DNA of 64,000 bases from a virus (lineage: Duplodnaviria > Caudoviricetes): positions 1 to 64,000 of IMG/VR virus record IMGVR_UViG_2808606549_000001; one strand, 5' to 3'. The notes beneath the pieces are model-generated. The model was not told the DNA's origin and ran no database searches. It worked only from the letters and a program-made list of their open reading frames with translations. How positions within the stretch are numbered: position 1 is the first letter of the stretch; every line of letters begins with the position of its first letter. Shown here piece by piece: positions 18,455-28,860 of this stretch. Made by a program: the position numbers and the translations under genes.

Positions 18455-21400
18455 ATGGGTAATGATTTAAGGATATTAGTCTCAGCTTCATTAAATGTTG
18501 GAAAGAGCATCGGAGACATTAATGCTGCTATTAGTGGTCTTGAGAAAAAAGTAAACAAACTTAAATTGAAAATTGAAGTACCTCAAAATTTTGGTACATA
18601 CATCTCCTCCTTCATCGCAGCAGTGAATAAGATGAAGGCTATCGCAGATGACCAGAATAAAGTTGTAAGAGAAATAACAACAGAATATCAGAGACTTGAT
18701 GGGGCAATTGAGAGGGTTTCAGAGAGCACCCTAGCAAATGGAACTATCATTTCAAAAACAAAAATTAAAATTGATGAACGAGCTAAATCAATAAAGCAAG
18801 AAACAAAGGCAATTGATGACCAAAGAAAGTCTCTGGAAGACTTACTTGCTGAGAATGAGCGTTATAGCAAAAATGTTCAAACGCAAACAAGAAGAAATTC
18901 TAATGGAGAAGTAATTGGTGCTACTCACACTCTTCAAGATAGTCAAAATAACAAACTAGTAGTCAACACAAATGCTGATGGTTTAATTGATAACTATAAG
19001 CAGATAGAAGAATATCTAAAGAATGAACAGCAATTAGCAGCAGAAATTAAGCGAATCGATGCTGAATTAATCAAGAATCATAATGAAACTTACAAGATCA
19101 ATAAAGCAATTAACGATAAGGAACTTGCTGAAGACAAACAGTATTACTTGGCCCAACAAGAGAATGCTAAAAAAAACCTTGAATTTCAACAGGCAATTGC
19201 AGATAAACAAGCTCGCATCAGCGATCTTCAACGGAGGCTAGGGTCTGATAGTAACGTATCGCAGCAACTTAAAGAAGCATCTGATAAACTAAGTAAACTT
19301 GAATTCAGCGGAAATAATAAACTAGTTGGTATCGATGGCAGTTATAAAACTGCACTAAAAGAAGTAGATACGGGACTAAAAAATATTACTGCATCTGCGA
19401 AAACTGCCACTAGTCATGCAATTAGTTTTGGTGAAGCATTTAAAACAGCAATGCAAAAATTCCCAGTGTGGATGGCTGCTACAACCGCATTCTATGCTCC
19501 TCTTCGAGCGCTACAATCTGGTGTACAATACGTCTACAATCTAGATACAGCTCTCACTGACCTCAAAAAAACAACTAATGCCACTTCTGAAGAATATGCT
19601 CAATTTGCTAAAGACGCAGCAAAAACAGCCTCCTCCATCGGTGCTCTCACTCTGGATGTAATCAAGTCTACAACTGAATGGACTCGACTTGGTTATACGA
19701 TGCAACAAGCAACTCAACTGGCAAAGCAAACGACGATATACCAAAATGTTGGTGACATTGCTAACGCGCAAGATGCCTCCACCGCCCTTATTGCCGCAAT
19801 TAAGGGTTTTGGTATCGAAGTTGATTCCCAAGGCAAAAATATCACTCATCTCGTTGATGTGTATAACGAAGTCGGAAATAAGTTCTCGATTTCTTCTGCT
19901 GGAATTGGTGAAGCCGCTAAACGTTCTGCTTCGGCCCTATCGACTGCCGGAAATAGTATGGAACAATCAATTGCCCTGATCACCGCCGCAAATAGTTCAG
20001 TACAAGACCCTGAAAAAATAGGCAACGCGATGAAAACCTTAAGTTTGCGTCTTCGTGGCATCAATGAAGACGGAACAAAGGTTGATGGATTATTCCCTAC
20101 TCTTGAAAAGAAATTTAACTCGCTTGGATTGTCATTGATGAAGAATGACAAAACATTTAAGAGTACATATGAAATATTTCAGGAACTGTCTAAAGTTTGG
20201 GGTAAATTATCAGACTTTCAAAAGTCAGATATATTGGAACTTGTTGCTGGTAAAGAGCAAGCAAACGTAGCCGCCTCCCTCATTAATAACTGGAAAGACG
20301 CCGAAGACGCACTGACTGCTGGGCTGAATAGTTTCGGATCTGCTGCACGAGAAAACGAAACATATATAAATAGTCTTCAAGGCCATGTGGCTCGGTTCCA
20401 GAATGCTGTGAGTACGATGTGGAGCAACAGTATTAGTTCGAGTTTGCTTAAAGGCTTAGTTGATATCGGAACTGAAATTGTCAAATCATTAAACAACGTT
20501 GGTACTATTATTGCGCTTGTTACAGGCCTCTTTCTAACTTTTAAATCTAAGGCAATTGCTGGTTTTATCTCTGGTGTAGGAGAAAGCATTAAAACTCTTC
20601 TAACTTTCAAGACCGAGTTGACAACAACTACTGTGGCCGCTGATGGTACTACTGTGGCAGTCACTAACGCTTCAAGAGCTATGAGGATATTCCAAGCAAG
20701 TCTCGGAGTATTGGGTCTTGTTATTACCGCTGGGTCCCTACTCTACTCTGTTTTCAATGGACTCAACGATGTCACCAAGAAATCTACAGATTTAATTGAT
20801 AGGAACAATAAAGCATACGATAATCAAATCAGTAATTTAAGCGAAGTTAGTTCTTATTATGAAGAAAATTATAAGAACATATCTAAAGATAATACTGTAA
20901 AAGATCAACTGTTCAATATGCAAAACAAACTTATCGATACCTTCGGTTCCGAAGCAGAAGGTCTTGATTTAGTTAATGGTAAGTATGATGAACAGATAAG
21001 TAAAATCAAAGAACTAAATAAAACTGCGCTCGAAAATAATGTTAAGGATGGCCAAATTGCATCGGATGCTATTATGTCTAGACGCTATAGCGATCCTGAA
21101 ATGAGCGCAAAAATCAATTGGCTTTCATTTAATAAATCGAATGATTATGATGTCGGTGGCGACGTTGGCCTTGGCAACTTAAATGTAGAGGAATACTACA
21201 AAAAGTTAAATGATTTGTATAAGGGTATTCAAGATAAGAATGCAGAAGTATTCAAGTATTCTAAACTTATTCCCCAATCAAACGAACAGTGGAATAATGC
21301 GCTTGCTGCTGTAAAACAAAAATTAGACGAAATACAGCCGATTGTCGATCAATTAAACTCTGTCGAATATAAGAAACGTGACTTAATCAAACTCAATACA

Positions 21401-24400
21401 TCTGAACAGGCAAAGTTTAATCAAGAGCAACAGTCGATGTTCGATAAGATTAACGCTTCTCTGTCCGCCCTACCCATTGATAAGTATGAAAAGAGCATGG
21501 TTGGCGTATCATCGGCCATAAAAGATTTTGACGGTAAGAATCTCAATGATGTCCTTGTCAAAATTAAAAGCATTGGCTCAATTACTCCTGACGTATATGC
21601 TAAGATTTCATCTTCTTTAAGAGATGGCTCATCCGCAATTGATAGTAATACAGGTGCCAATAAGCTAAATGCAAAGTCACTAGAAGAACTAGCAAAACAA
21701 TCATCACAAGCAGATTCAGAATTAAAGGATCTCAACCAAATCCTACAAGATACAGCTAACGGTAAAGCACTTGATGCTAAGGCAGTTGCAGATCTTGCTA
21801 TGAAGTATCCTGACTTGCTGGATAAGATTCAGAAAACGGCAAATGGTTGGACTTTTGAAAAGGATGCAATTGAAGATGTTCGACAGGCCCAGATTGCCCT
21901 TCTTGCTGAAGTTAAATCTGCTGAAGCATTAAAGACAACCGAGCTTTATAAGCAACTTCAAACTCGTCTTAAGTATTACGGTATTGAAATCGACAGCATT
22001 ACCGATCTTGCAACTGCACAAGCCGCAATTAGCAATATTTATAATAATGCTAGTTCTCAGACTGGCGAAGAAATTCAAATGGGTAACATCCATGTGAAAG
22101 CCATGACCAAGGAAGCACAGAACACGGCTAGTGCTATTCATCAACTGCTCGATCTAAAGGATAGTTTCAATCAGAAATACACCTCTCTTCTTTCGTCGCC
22201 TAGTTACGGTACGTCAACAACTAAAGAGAAAAAGTCTTCTTCTGGCCCTTCTCTTAATGATGCTATAGCGGAAACGGATCTCACTAAAGAACGCGTCAAA
22301 GCAATGAACGCTGAATATGATGCTCGTGAGAAGAATATCCAATCGCTTGATCGTCAAATTAAGACTGCTGAAAAGTTGAAGGATTATGAGAAGACAGTTG
22401 ACCTCACAACTAAGAAAATTGAGCAACAACGTAAAGCAGTCGAAGACCTCAAGAATGCTCAGAATCAAATGTCTAAGGCTGCTGATACTTTACGCTCTCA
22501 AAATTCTAAGTACAATACTTCAACTTGGTTTGACTCTAATGGTGAGGCATCAGATAAGTATAAGGAATTTCTGAACTCCTTTGCTAAACGTTCACAGGCC
22601 ATTCACGACGATAATAAAATGTCGGTCAAAGAACGTAATGCATCAATCAAACAGATTGACGATGAGCAAAAAGCAGTTGAATCTTTGTTCAACAGTTTGT
22701 ATGCATATAAGCAAGGTTGGTCTGCTAACGCTGATGAAATTCAGAAGATGCTGGATGGTATTGATGCTTCACAAACCAGTCTAGATTCCATGAGACTCGA
22801 CAATACAAATAATTGGCTTGATAAGTTAACCAAGGCGTATTCAGAATTAGATAATCAGATTAATAGGTCGAAGATTATTCAGTCAATGTATGTTGAAGGC
22901 TCTAAGGAATATAATCGTGAAACTGAAATTCAAATCTCCTTGCTTGAAGAGAAACGTTCTGCTGTAGAAAATGATATTGCTTCTATTGAGCAGAAGATAG
23001 CTAGTAACAGTAAGTTATCAGCATCAGAACGCCTTACTGCTGATCAAATCAAATCATTAACAGAGGATTTGAAGCAACGTAAAGCAACGCTGCTAGATGT
23101 CCAAAAAGCAGAATATGATTTTTCTGTTCAATTGGCTCAGAACCTTGTTAATGTTCAAAATAAGATTGACCAGACGGTTATCGATTCCTATCAGTCACAA
23201 ATTGAAACTCTCCAAAAACAATGGGAAGCAGAAGCCGTATCTGAAGAACGTTCTAAACGGTTACTAGAGATATCTGAACTTCAACAAAAAGTTGATATCT
23301 ACCGTTCAGGCACTCTCGCTACTATTTCTGATGAACAAGCGAAACAACTTGGCTTGGAGCAAGCAAAAGCAGATGCTATCCAAGCACAAAACGATATCCT
23401 CAAACAGCAACAAGTCCTTCAGAATATTCAAAAGGAAAAGAATGTTCGAGTATTCCAGGATGGTCAATTTCAGTGGATTGCTGATCCTCGAAAAATACAG
23501 TCTGAAACGGAAAAGTTAACGAAACTCCAAGAAGACTATAGCAAGTCGATGTCGAAATCCCTTGATACCCTACTAGAAGATCTTCAGAGCAAGCAAGAGG
23601 ACTATAATAAATGGGAACTTGACCAGACCAGAAAAAACATCATTGCCCAATTACAGGCGAAGATTGATGCAAAGAACAATGAAATCAAAGTTCGGAATGA
23701 AAAATTTGAGGAAGAGAAAACTGCTTGGGCTGCTCATGGTGTCGATTTGGATACTATCTTAAAATCAAGTTTAGATACCATCAATACTTCATACGGCGAG
23801 AAATGGGATAACATCCTCTCTACTCTCAAATCTAAATTGGCGGAAGCTCAACGACTATACGCTTCAGCAATAGGGTTATCGTCTGCTGTTCCGTCCACAA
23901 GTGGGGCAACAGGAACATCGAGTGTATCCACCACTCCCTCCAACTCTTCTGCTGTAAATGGTATCTTGGGTCAGATGGCACAGAACTCTCAAGACTGGCA
24001 TACAGCCACTACCACAGCAGAAAAGAATGCACTCGCACAAAAGAATCAACAATTATCCAATCAACTTAAATCACAATATAATGTTGATTCTTCCTACGAT
24101 TCCAAAACAGGCAAATGGAATGTGCTTCAGTACCATACGGGCGGCATTGTTGGAGAGGATTCATCAATACCTCAATGGCTTGCGAACAAATTTGGTGTAG
24201 GACAAAATGAACAACTAGCAAAACTTTTAATGGGTGAAATGGTTGTAAAGAACCCCGTTAACATGGTTCAAAACTTTATAAATGGCATCACTGGTGGAAT
24301 GCAAGTTGCATGGAACGCACTTAAATCATCTAGTCAGCCAACTGTTCAAGGTGGAAACACATACGTATTTGAGCATATTGAGGTTAAAACAAATGATGCA

Positions 24401-24445
24401 AAACAGTTTATGAATAATCTCAAACTATATGGCAAGAATCAATAA
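18455..24445 (+). CDS. Tail tape measure protein
   Basis: 1996 aa, coiled-coil; TP901-type tape-measure core; hydrophobic mid-segment; C-terminal YHTGG. Confidence 0.92.
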   Translation: MGNDLRILVSASLNVGKSIGDINAAISGLEKKVNKLKLKIEVPQNFGTYISSFIAAVNKMKAIADDQNKVVREITTEYQRLDGAIERVSESTLANGTIISKTKIKIDERAKSIKQETKAIDDQRKSLEDLLAENERYSKNVQTQTRRNSNGEVIGATHTLQDSQNNKLVVNTNADGLIDNYKQIEEYLKNEQQLAAEIKRIDAELIKNHNETYKINKAINDKELAEDKQYYLAQQENAKKNLEFQQAIADKQARISDLQRRLGSDSNVSQQLKEASDKLSKLEFSGNNKLVGIDGSYKTALKEVDTGLKNITASAKTATSHAISFGEAFKTAMQKFPVWMAATTAFYAPLRALQSGVQYVYNLDTALTDLKKTTNATSEEYAQFAKDAAKTASSIGALTLDVIKSTTEWTRLGYTMQQATQLAKQTTIYQNVGDIANAQDASTALIAAIKGFGIEVDSQGKNITHLVDVYNEVGNKFSISSAGIGEAAKRSASALSTAGNSMEQSIALITAANSSVQDPEKIGNAMKTLSLRLRGINEDGTKVDGLFPTLEKKFNSLGLSLMKNDKTFKSTYEIFQELSKVWGKLSDFQKSDILELVAGKEQANVAASLINNWKDAEDALTAGLNSFGSAARENETYINSLQGHVARFQNAVSTMWSNSISSSLLKGLVDIGTEIVKSLNNVGTIIALVTGLFLTFKSKAIAGFISGVGESIKTLLTFKTELTTTTVAADGTTVAVTNASRAMRIFQASLGVLGLVITAGSLLYSVFNGLNDVTKKSTDLIDRNNKAYDNQISNLSEVSSYYEENYKNISKDNTVKDQLFNMQNKLIDTFGSEAEGLDLVNGKYDEQISKIKELNKTALENNVKDGQIASDAIMSRRYSDPEMSAKINWLSFNKSNDYDVGGDVGLGNLNVEEYYKKLNDLYKGIQDKNAEVFKYSKLIPQSNEQWNNALAAVKQKLDEIQPIVDQLNSVEYKKRDLIKLNTSEQAKFNQEQQSMFDKINASLSALPIDKYEKSMVGVSSAIKDFDGKNLNDVLVKIKSIGSITPDVYAKISSSLRDGSSAIDSNTGANKLNAKSLEELAKQSSQADSELKDLNQILQDTANGKALDAKAVADLAMKYPDLLDKIQKTANGWTFEKDAIEDVRQAQIALLAEVKSAEALKTTELYKQLQTRLKYYGIEIDSITDLATAQAAISNIYNNASSQTGEEIQMGNIHVKAMTKEAQNTASAIHQLLDLKDSFNQKYTSLLSSPSYGTSTTKEKKSSSGPSLNDAIAETDLTKERVKAMNAEYDAREKNIQSLDRQIKTAEKLKDYEKTVDLTTKKIEQQRKAVEDLKNAQNQMSKAADTLRSQNSKYNTSTWFDSNGEASDKYKEFLNSFAKRSQAIHDDNKMSVKERNASIKQIDDEQKAVESLFNSLYAYKQGWSANADEIQKMLDGIDASQTSLDSMRLDNTNNWLDKLTKAYSELDNQINRSKIIQSMYVEGSKEYNRETEIQISLLEEKRSAVENDIASIEQKIASNSKLSASERLTADQIKSLTEDLKQRKATLLDVQKAEYDFSVQLAQNLVNVQNKIDQTVIDSYQSQIETLQKQWEAEAVSEERSKRLLEISELQQKVDIYRSGTLATISDEQAKQLGLEQAKADAIQAQNDILKQQQVLQNIQKEKNVRVFQDGQFQWIADPRKIQSETEKLTKLQEDYSKSMSKSLDTLLEDLQSKQEDYNKWELDQTRKNIIAQLQAKIDAKNNEIKVRNEKFEEEKTAWAAHGVDLDTILKSSLDTINTSYGEKWDNILSTLKSKLAEAQRLYASAIGLSSAVPSTSGATGTSSVSTTPSNSSAVNGILGQMAQNSQDWHTATTTAEKNALAQKNQQLSNQLKSQYNVDSSYDSKTGKWNVLQYHTGGIVGEDSSIPQWLANKFGVGQNEQLAKLLMGEMVVKNPVNMVQNFINGITGGMQVAWNALKSSSQPTVQGGNTYVFEHIEVKTNDAKQFMNNLKLYGKNQ

Positions 24446-24547
24446 TTTGAGAATAATGAATTATGTGTACATGCTAGGAATATCAACTAAGAATTGGGGA
24501 GGTCTTCCCTCCCCTACTCTTCTCTTGAGAAAGGATGTGAAGAACGA

Positions 24548-25555
24548 TTGCTCTTTGCACCAGATCAACTCAATCCTGATTCATCATCGTTTGATGCTAC
24601 CAATACTCAATTATTTAATTGGCGTTCAAACGGAGATCCACAAACGCATTATAGAATAAAAATATATAACAATGACACAAACAATCTCGTTTATGATTCT
24701 ACGAAAATTGCTTCAACAATGTCTCAACACTTGCTTCCATCTAACACGTTAAGCAATGGTTTAAACTACAAATACCAACTCCAGGTATTCAACAATTCAA
24801 TCTCTGCGTTAAGTGACTATATTTTCTTTAAAACAAACAATAAACCAGTGTTAACTTTAAATACTCCGTCAATTATCACTACTCGTTCTTTTAATTTCAA
24901 AGGTAGTTATAGTCAAGCACAAAATATACCGTTTAATAGATTTAAGTTTATTTTTTACGATAGCAATTTTAACATACTTGTTGATTCCGGTTGGAAATAT
25001 GGATACAATATTGAATTCGAACAAGATGGATTTAAAACGGACGAACAATATTTCTTGGAACTTATAACTGAATCGCAGTATTCGATGCAAGCAACTACAG
25101 GGAAAAGACCATTTAATGTCTCCTATACTCAGCCAAATTCAAATAGTTTTTCGCTTACTGCTACACCAGATGATGATTCGGGAAGCGTCCTATTGAAATG
25201 GAGTCCACTCCTTCAGATTACTGGAACAAATGTTGGCAGTATTGAATATGTCGCTGGGAAGTTTGGCTATGGAGTCCATCTGAATACTTCTAGTAAAGTC
25301 ATTTTCAATTCTTTCATACCGATAAATGCTTCTATAATGTTTTGGGTTTCAATTGATTCAAGTTTTATTGGACAAATTATAAGTTTAGGGAATGATGAGG
25401 TCACTCTTGGATATAACGGTTCGCAGTTTTATTTAACTTGCGACGGAAATACTATTCTCGGTAAATTCACCTCTGTTCCCAATGGATTCTTTAAAGTTTT
25501 AATTAAGCCAGATAAAACTATTATTCAAACTTCGGATTATACTGAATACTTATGA
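24548..25555 (+). CDS. Baseplate/distal tail protein (FN3-like beta domains)
   Basis: Beta-rich ORF after the tape measure gene; SD AAAGGA plus TTG. Confidence 0.55.
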   Translation: MLFAPDQLNPDSSSFDATNTQLFNWRSNGDPQTHYRIKIYNNDTNNLVYDSTKIASTMSQHLLPSNTLSNGLNYKYQLQVFNNSISALSDYIFFKTNNKPVLTLNTPSIITTRSFNFKGSYSQAQNIPFNRFKFIFYDSNFNILVDSGWKYGYNIEFEQDGFKTDEQYFLELITESQYSMQATTGKRPFNVSYTQPNSNSFSLTATPDDDSGSVLLKWSPLLQITGTNVGSIEYVAGKFGYGVHLNTSSKVIFNSFIPINASIMFWVSIDSSFIGQIISLGNDEVTLGYNGSQFYLTCDGNTILGKFTSVPNGFFKVLIKPDKTIIQTSDYTEYL

Positions 25556-26466
25556 TCTGTGTAGGTGGTGTTCAATTGTTCTTTTCACTTAACGCGTTTA
25601 ATGCAAGCACTACCAGTAATAAAGTAATTATGAGTAATCGTGTATACTCCAAAGTATCTCTTATTGGTAATGGAGTATATGACGGTTTGCATGTAAAAAA
25701 TTATATTTTTTCGGACGATAAATTTTTGGACCTAAACTCTGAAGATTATTTTGGTGCAGGCTCTGTCTTCTTGGCTAATTTCGAGGGGAATTTAGAGGCT
25801 GGCAACTATACATCACTATCTAAGACAATCTCTAAGTGGCGGATACGCAGAAAGAGAAAAGACAAATTTTCTTCAACTGTACTTGCAGACATTCCGTCAA
25901 CATCGGTTGCATTTGCTGATTACCTTCAGGCAAATCGGACTGAATACGAATATCAGGTTTCACCTGTTGCTGAGGATGGTACTGAGGGCGCACCTGTTAT
26001 TTCAATGTGCACTTCAGACTTTTTTGGATGGTATTTGTGTAGTTTGGACAACGAAACAATATATAAATTTGATATGAACCTAGAAAGCGAAAGCATAGCG
26101 CTTAACTTAGATATGAAGTTGTTTGAAGGATTCACAAAGTATCCAGTTGCTAGGTTTGGTAAGCGGAAATATCATAGCGGTGGGTTAAAAACCATTCCTT
26201 ACCGTTTAATACATCAATCAAAAGGTTTGACAGGATGGTATTTTGCTCCATATGAAGCAGATTCGACAGAGTTGAAAATTGATCATATTTTATTGGAAAA
26301 ACTTGAAGAATTCATCACAAATGGTGAGCCTAAAATATTAAAAAATACTGGTGGCGACATGTTCAAAGTCCAGACAAGTAACTTCTCTTATCAGTATATG
26401 GACACAACGACCGAGCAGCCATTCACTATCAGTTTTCAGTTTACACAGGTGGGAGATGGTGAGTAA
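25552..26466 (+). CDS. Baseplate/distal tail protein
   Basis: Synteny; FN3-like YEYQVSPV segment. Confidence 0.55.
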   Translation: MICVGGVQLFFSLNAFNASTTSNKVIMSNRVYSKVSLIGNGVYDGLHVKNYIFSDDKFLDLNSEDYFGAGSVFLANFEGNLEAGNYTSLSKTISKWRIRRKRKDKFSSTVLADIPSTSVAFADYLQANRTEYEYQVSPVAEDGTEGAPVISMCTSDFFGWYLCSLDNETIYKFDMNLESESIALNLDMKLFEGFTKYPVARFGKRKYHSGGLKTIPYRLIHQSKGLTGWYFAPYEADSTELKIDHILLEKLEEFITNGEPKILKNTGGDMFKVQTSNFSYQYMDTTTEQPFTISFQFTQVGDGE

Positions 26467-27569
26467 TGCCATCCTATTACGATTACATCGATGCCATTCG
26501 GAAAGACTCATCTGTAACATATAAAATTGAACTACTTGATAAAAATGAGAATGTCATCGAAGACATCACTAAGAATTTTTTGGATGGATCGGTTAATATT
26601 TCATATCAAAACGGAAGTCGTAGAAGTGCGAATTTAAGCCTTACAAACTTCGATAATAACTACACTCCAAATTACAAAGGCAAGATATGGGCCAATACTA
26701 AAATTCGCATCTCTAGTGGACTGAATGATACTTTAAACTCAAATGGTATCTTCTGTCTAGTTGAACCCGAAATCAATAGTTACTTTACAGAAACATCCGC
26801 ATCCCTAAATTTAAATGATAAGTGGAGTCTACTTGATGGAACTCTAAGTGGGACTCTGAAAGCGGATTATATTATTCCTTTGGGTACGAACATTGCAGAT
26901 TCAGTTAGGGCCATTATTGTAAACGAAGTTGCTGATGTTAAGCCTCCTATCATTATTCCCACCGATGTGGTTACGCCATATACATTAACAATGGATCGTG
27001 GCGACAATCTGGGTGACATGCTAATTAAGTTGGCTGAAATGATAAGTTATGAGTGCTTCTACGACAAAAATGGAAACTTTCGCTTTCAACCCGTTGGTAG
27101 TGATGACATTAAGCCTTCGTCATGGGATTTCTCAACTAATGAGGTAACTTATCTAGGTTCAAGTAGAAAATTTGATTTTTCTCAAATGAAGAATAGTGTT
27201 TATGTATATGGTGACAACATCAATGGATCTCAAATAATGGGTTCTGCCCAGGATACCTTCATCTTCTCTCCTACATATGTTGGTTTGATTGGAGAAAGAG
27301 TGAAACTAATATCTGATGACATCATTTATAATAACGATCTTGCAAATCAACGAGCTGCCTACGAACTTAGAAAGGCCATTATTGTACAAGAAAGCACAAC
27401 AATAGATTGTGTTTGTATTTATCATTTAGATGTAGGGAATATAGTCACAATTGAAGACAGCGGAAATAATCTTAATCGAGATAGATACATTGTTAGCAAT
27501 ATTGACCTGCCTCTAAACTACGATTCAACAATGAAGATAAATGTATGGAAAAACAGACCTCTTGAATAG
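26466..27569 (+). CDS. Baseplate hub / tail-associated protein
   Basis: FYDKNGNFRF...NSVYVYG...A..RA.YEL...LDVGNIVTI hub-like pattern. Confidence 0.6.
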   Translation: MPSYYDYIDAIRKDSSVTYKIELLDKNENVIEDITKNFLDGSVNISYQNGSRRSANLSLTNFDNNYTPNYKGKIWANTKIRISSGLNDTLNSNGIFCLVEPEINSYFTETSASLNLNDKWSLLDGTLSGTLKADYIIPLGTNIADSVRAIIVNEVADVKPPIIIPTDVVTPYTLTMDRGDNLGDMLIKLAEMISYECFYDKNGNFRFQPVGSDDIKPSSWDFSTNEVTYLGSSRKFDFSQMKNSVYVYGDNINGSQIMGSAQDTFIFSPTYVGLIGERVKLISDDIIYNNDLANQRAAYELRKAIIVQESTTIDCVCIYHLDVGNIVTIEDSGNNLNRDRYIVSNIDLPLNYDSTMKINVWKNRPLE

Positions 27570-27581
27570 GAAGATTAATCT

Positions 27582-27869
27582 ATGGACAGAGAACTCTTAT
27601 TAAGCGATCCCCAAGCGGCAAGTTTGTTTTATCAAATTATCGATAAACGGATTGAGGCGATGATAAAAAATCTTAAATTTGATAAAACATACTCTGCTAC
27701 TGTTGTTGGAGTTAACGGCGAGAAAGCGGATATTAAATTGCAGGGTGGCATAAATACTATCTCAGGCGTTCCCAATAAGACAGGAGAAGTCTTGTCTAGT
27801 GGCAATGAAGTGTTGGTTGAAGCCATCAATAATTCCTTGAATAACTTAGTTATTAAATATAAAAAATAA
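27582..27869 (+). CDS. Small baseplate protein (OB-fold spike-like)
   Basis: ATVVGV....DIKL...VPN....L..G.EV pattern; synteny. Confidence 0.5.
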   Translation: MDRELLLSDPQAASLFYQIIDKRIEAMIKNLKFDKTYSATVVGVNGEKADIKLQGGINTISGVPNKTGEVLSSGNEVLVEAINNSLNNLVIKYKK

Positions 27870-27890
27870 TAATGAGGGGAGATATTAACT

Positions 27891-28799
27891 ATGCCAAAGG
27901 CAGATTTACCAACTAACAATGATCTTATAATGGCTAAATATACTCGCTATAATGAATTATATATGAAAGCAAATAAGACAACAGCAGAAAATGCAGAATT
28001 GGCAAGCCTACAAATGGATCTTGCTGATTATCTAATTACAGCAACAGATTGGAATTCGCTTTTTACCTCTGTCAGTGATGGGAAAAATAAAATCGCTACC
28101 GCTATTACTGGCAAGGGAATTGCAGCATCAGGTAGCGATACATACACACAATTATCAAACAAAATCAGTTCGATTCAAACGGGCAGTGAGACTTCAGACG
28201 GCACCGCAAATGCCGACGATATTTTAGCCCCCAAAGTTGCATACTCTAAAAATCAAAGAATAGTTGGTACATTGTCACTCTCTGGCAACGCTGCTGACTC
28301 TCAGGTTTTGTTTGGTCAAACTTATTACAATAGTGATGCTAAGACAAAGCGTTCAGGAACAATGCCTAACCGTGGAGCACTGTCCTTTACTCCAAGTGAT
28401 ACACCACAATTCATACCAGAGGGATATTACAATGGATCAGGAACCATAGCTGCTGGTAAAAGGAAATATTCTGGAATTGCGATTCTTGATACCGCACAAG
28501 GGACTCGTGGATTCGAAAGGTCTGATGGACAGGTTTTGTATATGGGAATGGTGGTGGCTACTGGATTACCATTCAAACCAAGAGTAATAATCCTTTATAC
28601 TTCGGCAGGTAACTATGTGGGTGCCGTCTATAGCGATTACTCAAATACAGATCCTTCTACTGGGTTCAAATATGTTGTATCTCTTGCTCATGCCCAAGGC
28701 ACTTCTTACCGAGTCGGGACAACGAATTGCTGGATAAGCAATACTGGCTTCAGTATGCCGTTTTATTATCAAAACGCGAATTTTGATATTTTCGAATAG
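27891..28799 (+). CDS. Tail fibre/receptor-binding protein
   Basis: FTSVSDGKNKIATAITGKG and GTMPNRG...IPEGYYNGSG tail-fibre motifs. Confidence 0.7.
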   Translation: MPKADLPTNNDLIMAKYTRYNELYMKANKTTAENAELASLQMDLADYLITATDWNSLFTSVSDGKNKIATAITGKGIAASGSDTYTQLSNKISSIQTGSETSDGTANADDILAPKVAYSKNQRIVGTLSLSGNAADSQVLFGQTYYNSDAKTKRSGTMPNRGALSFTPSDTPQFIPEGYYNGSGTIAAGKRKYSGIAILDTAQGTRGFERSDGQVLYMGMVVATGLPFKPRVIILYTSAGNYVGAVYSDYSNTDPSTGFKYVVSLAHAQGTSYRVGTTNCWISNTGFSMPFYYQNANFDIFE

Positions 28800-28860
28800 T
28801 AAATTTGATCCGCGGGGTCGATTATTTGACCTCTCTTCTCTTTATGTAGGAGGTTTTAAC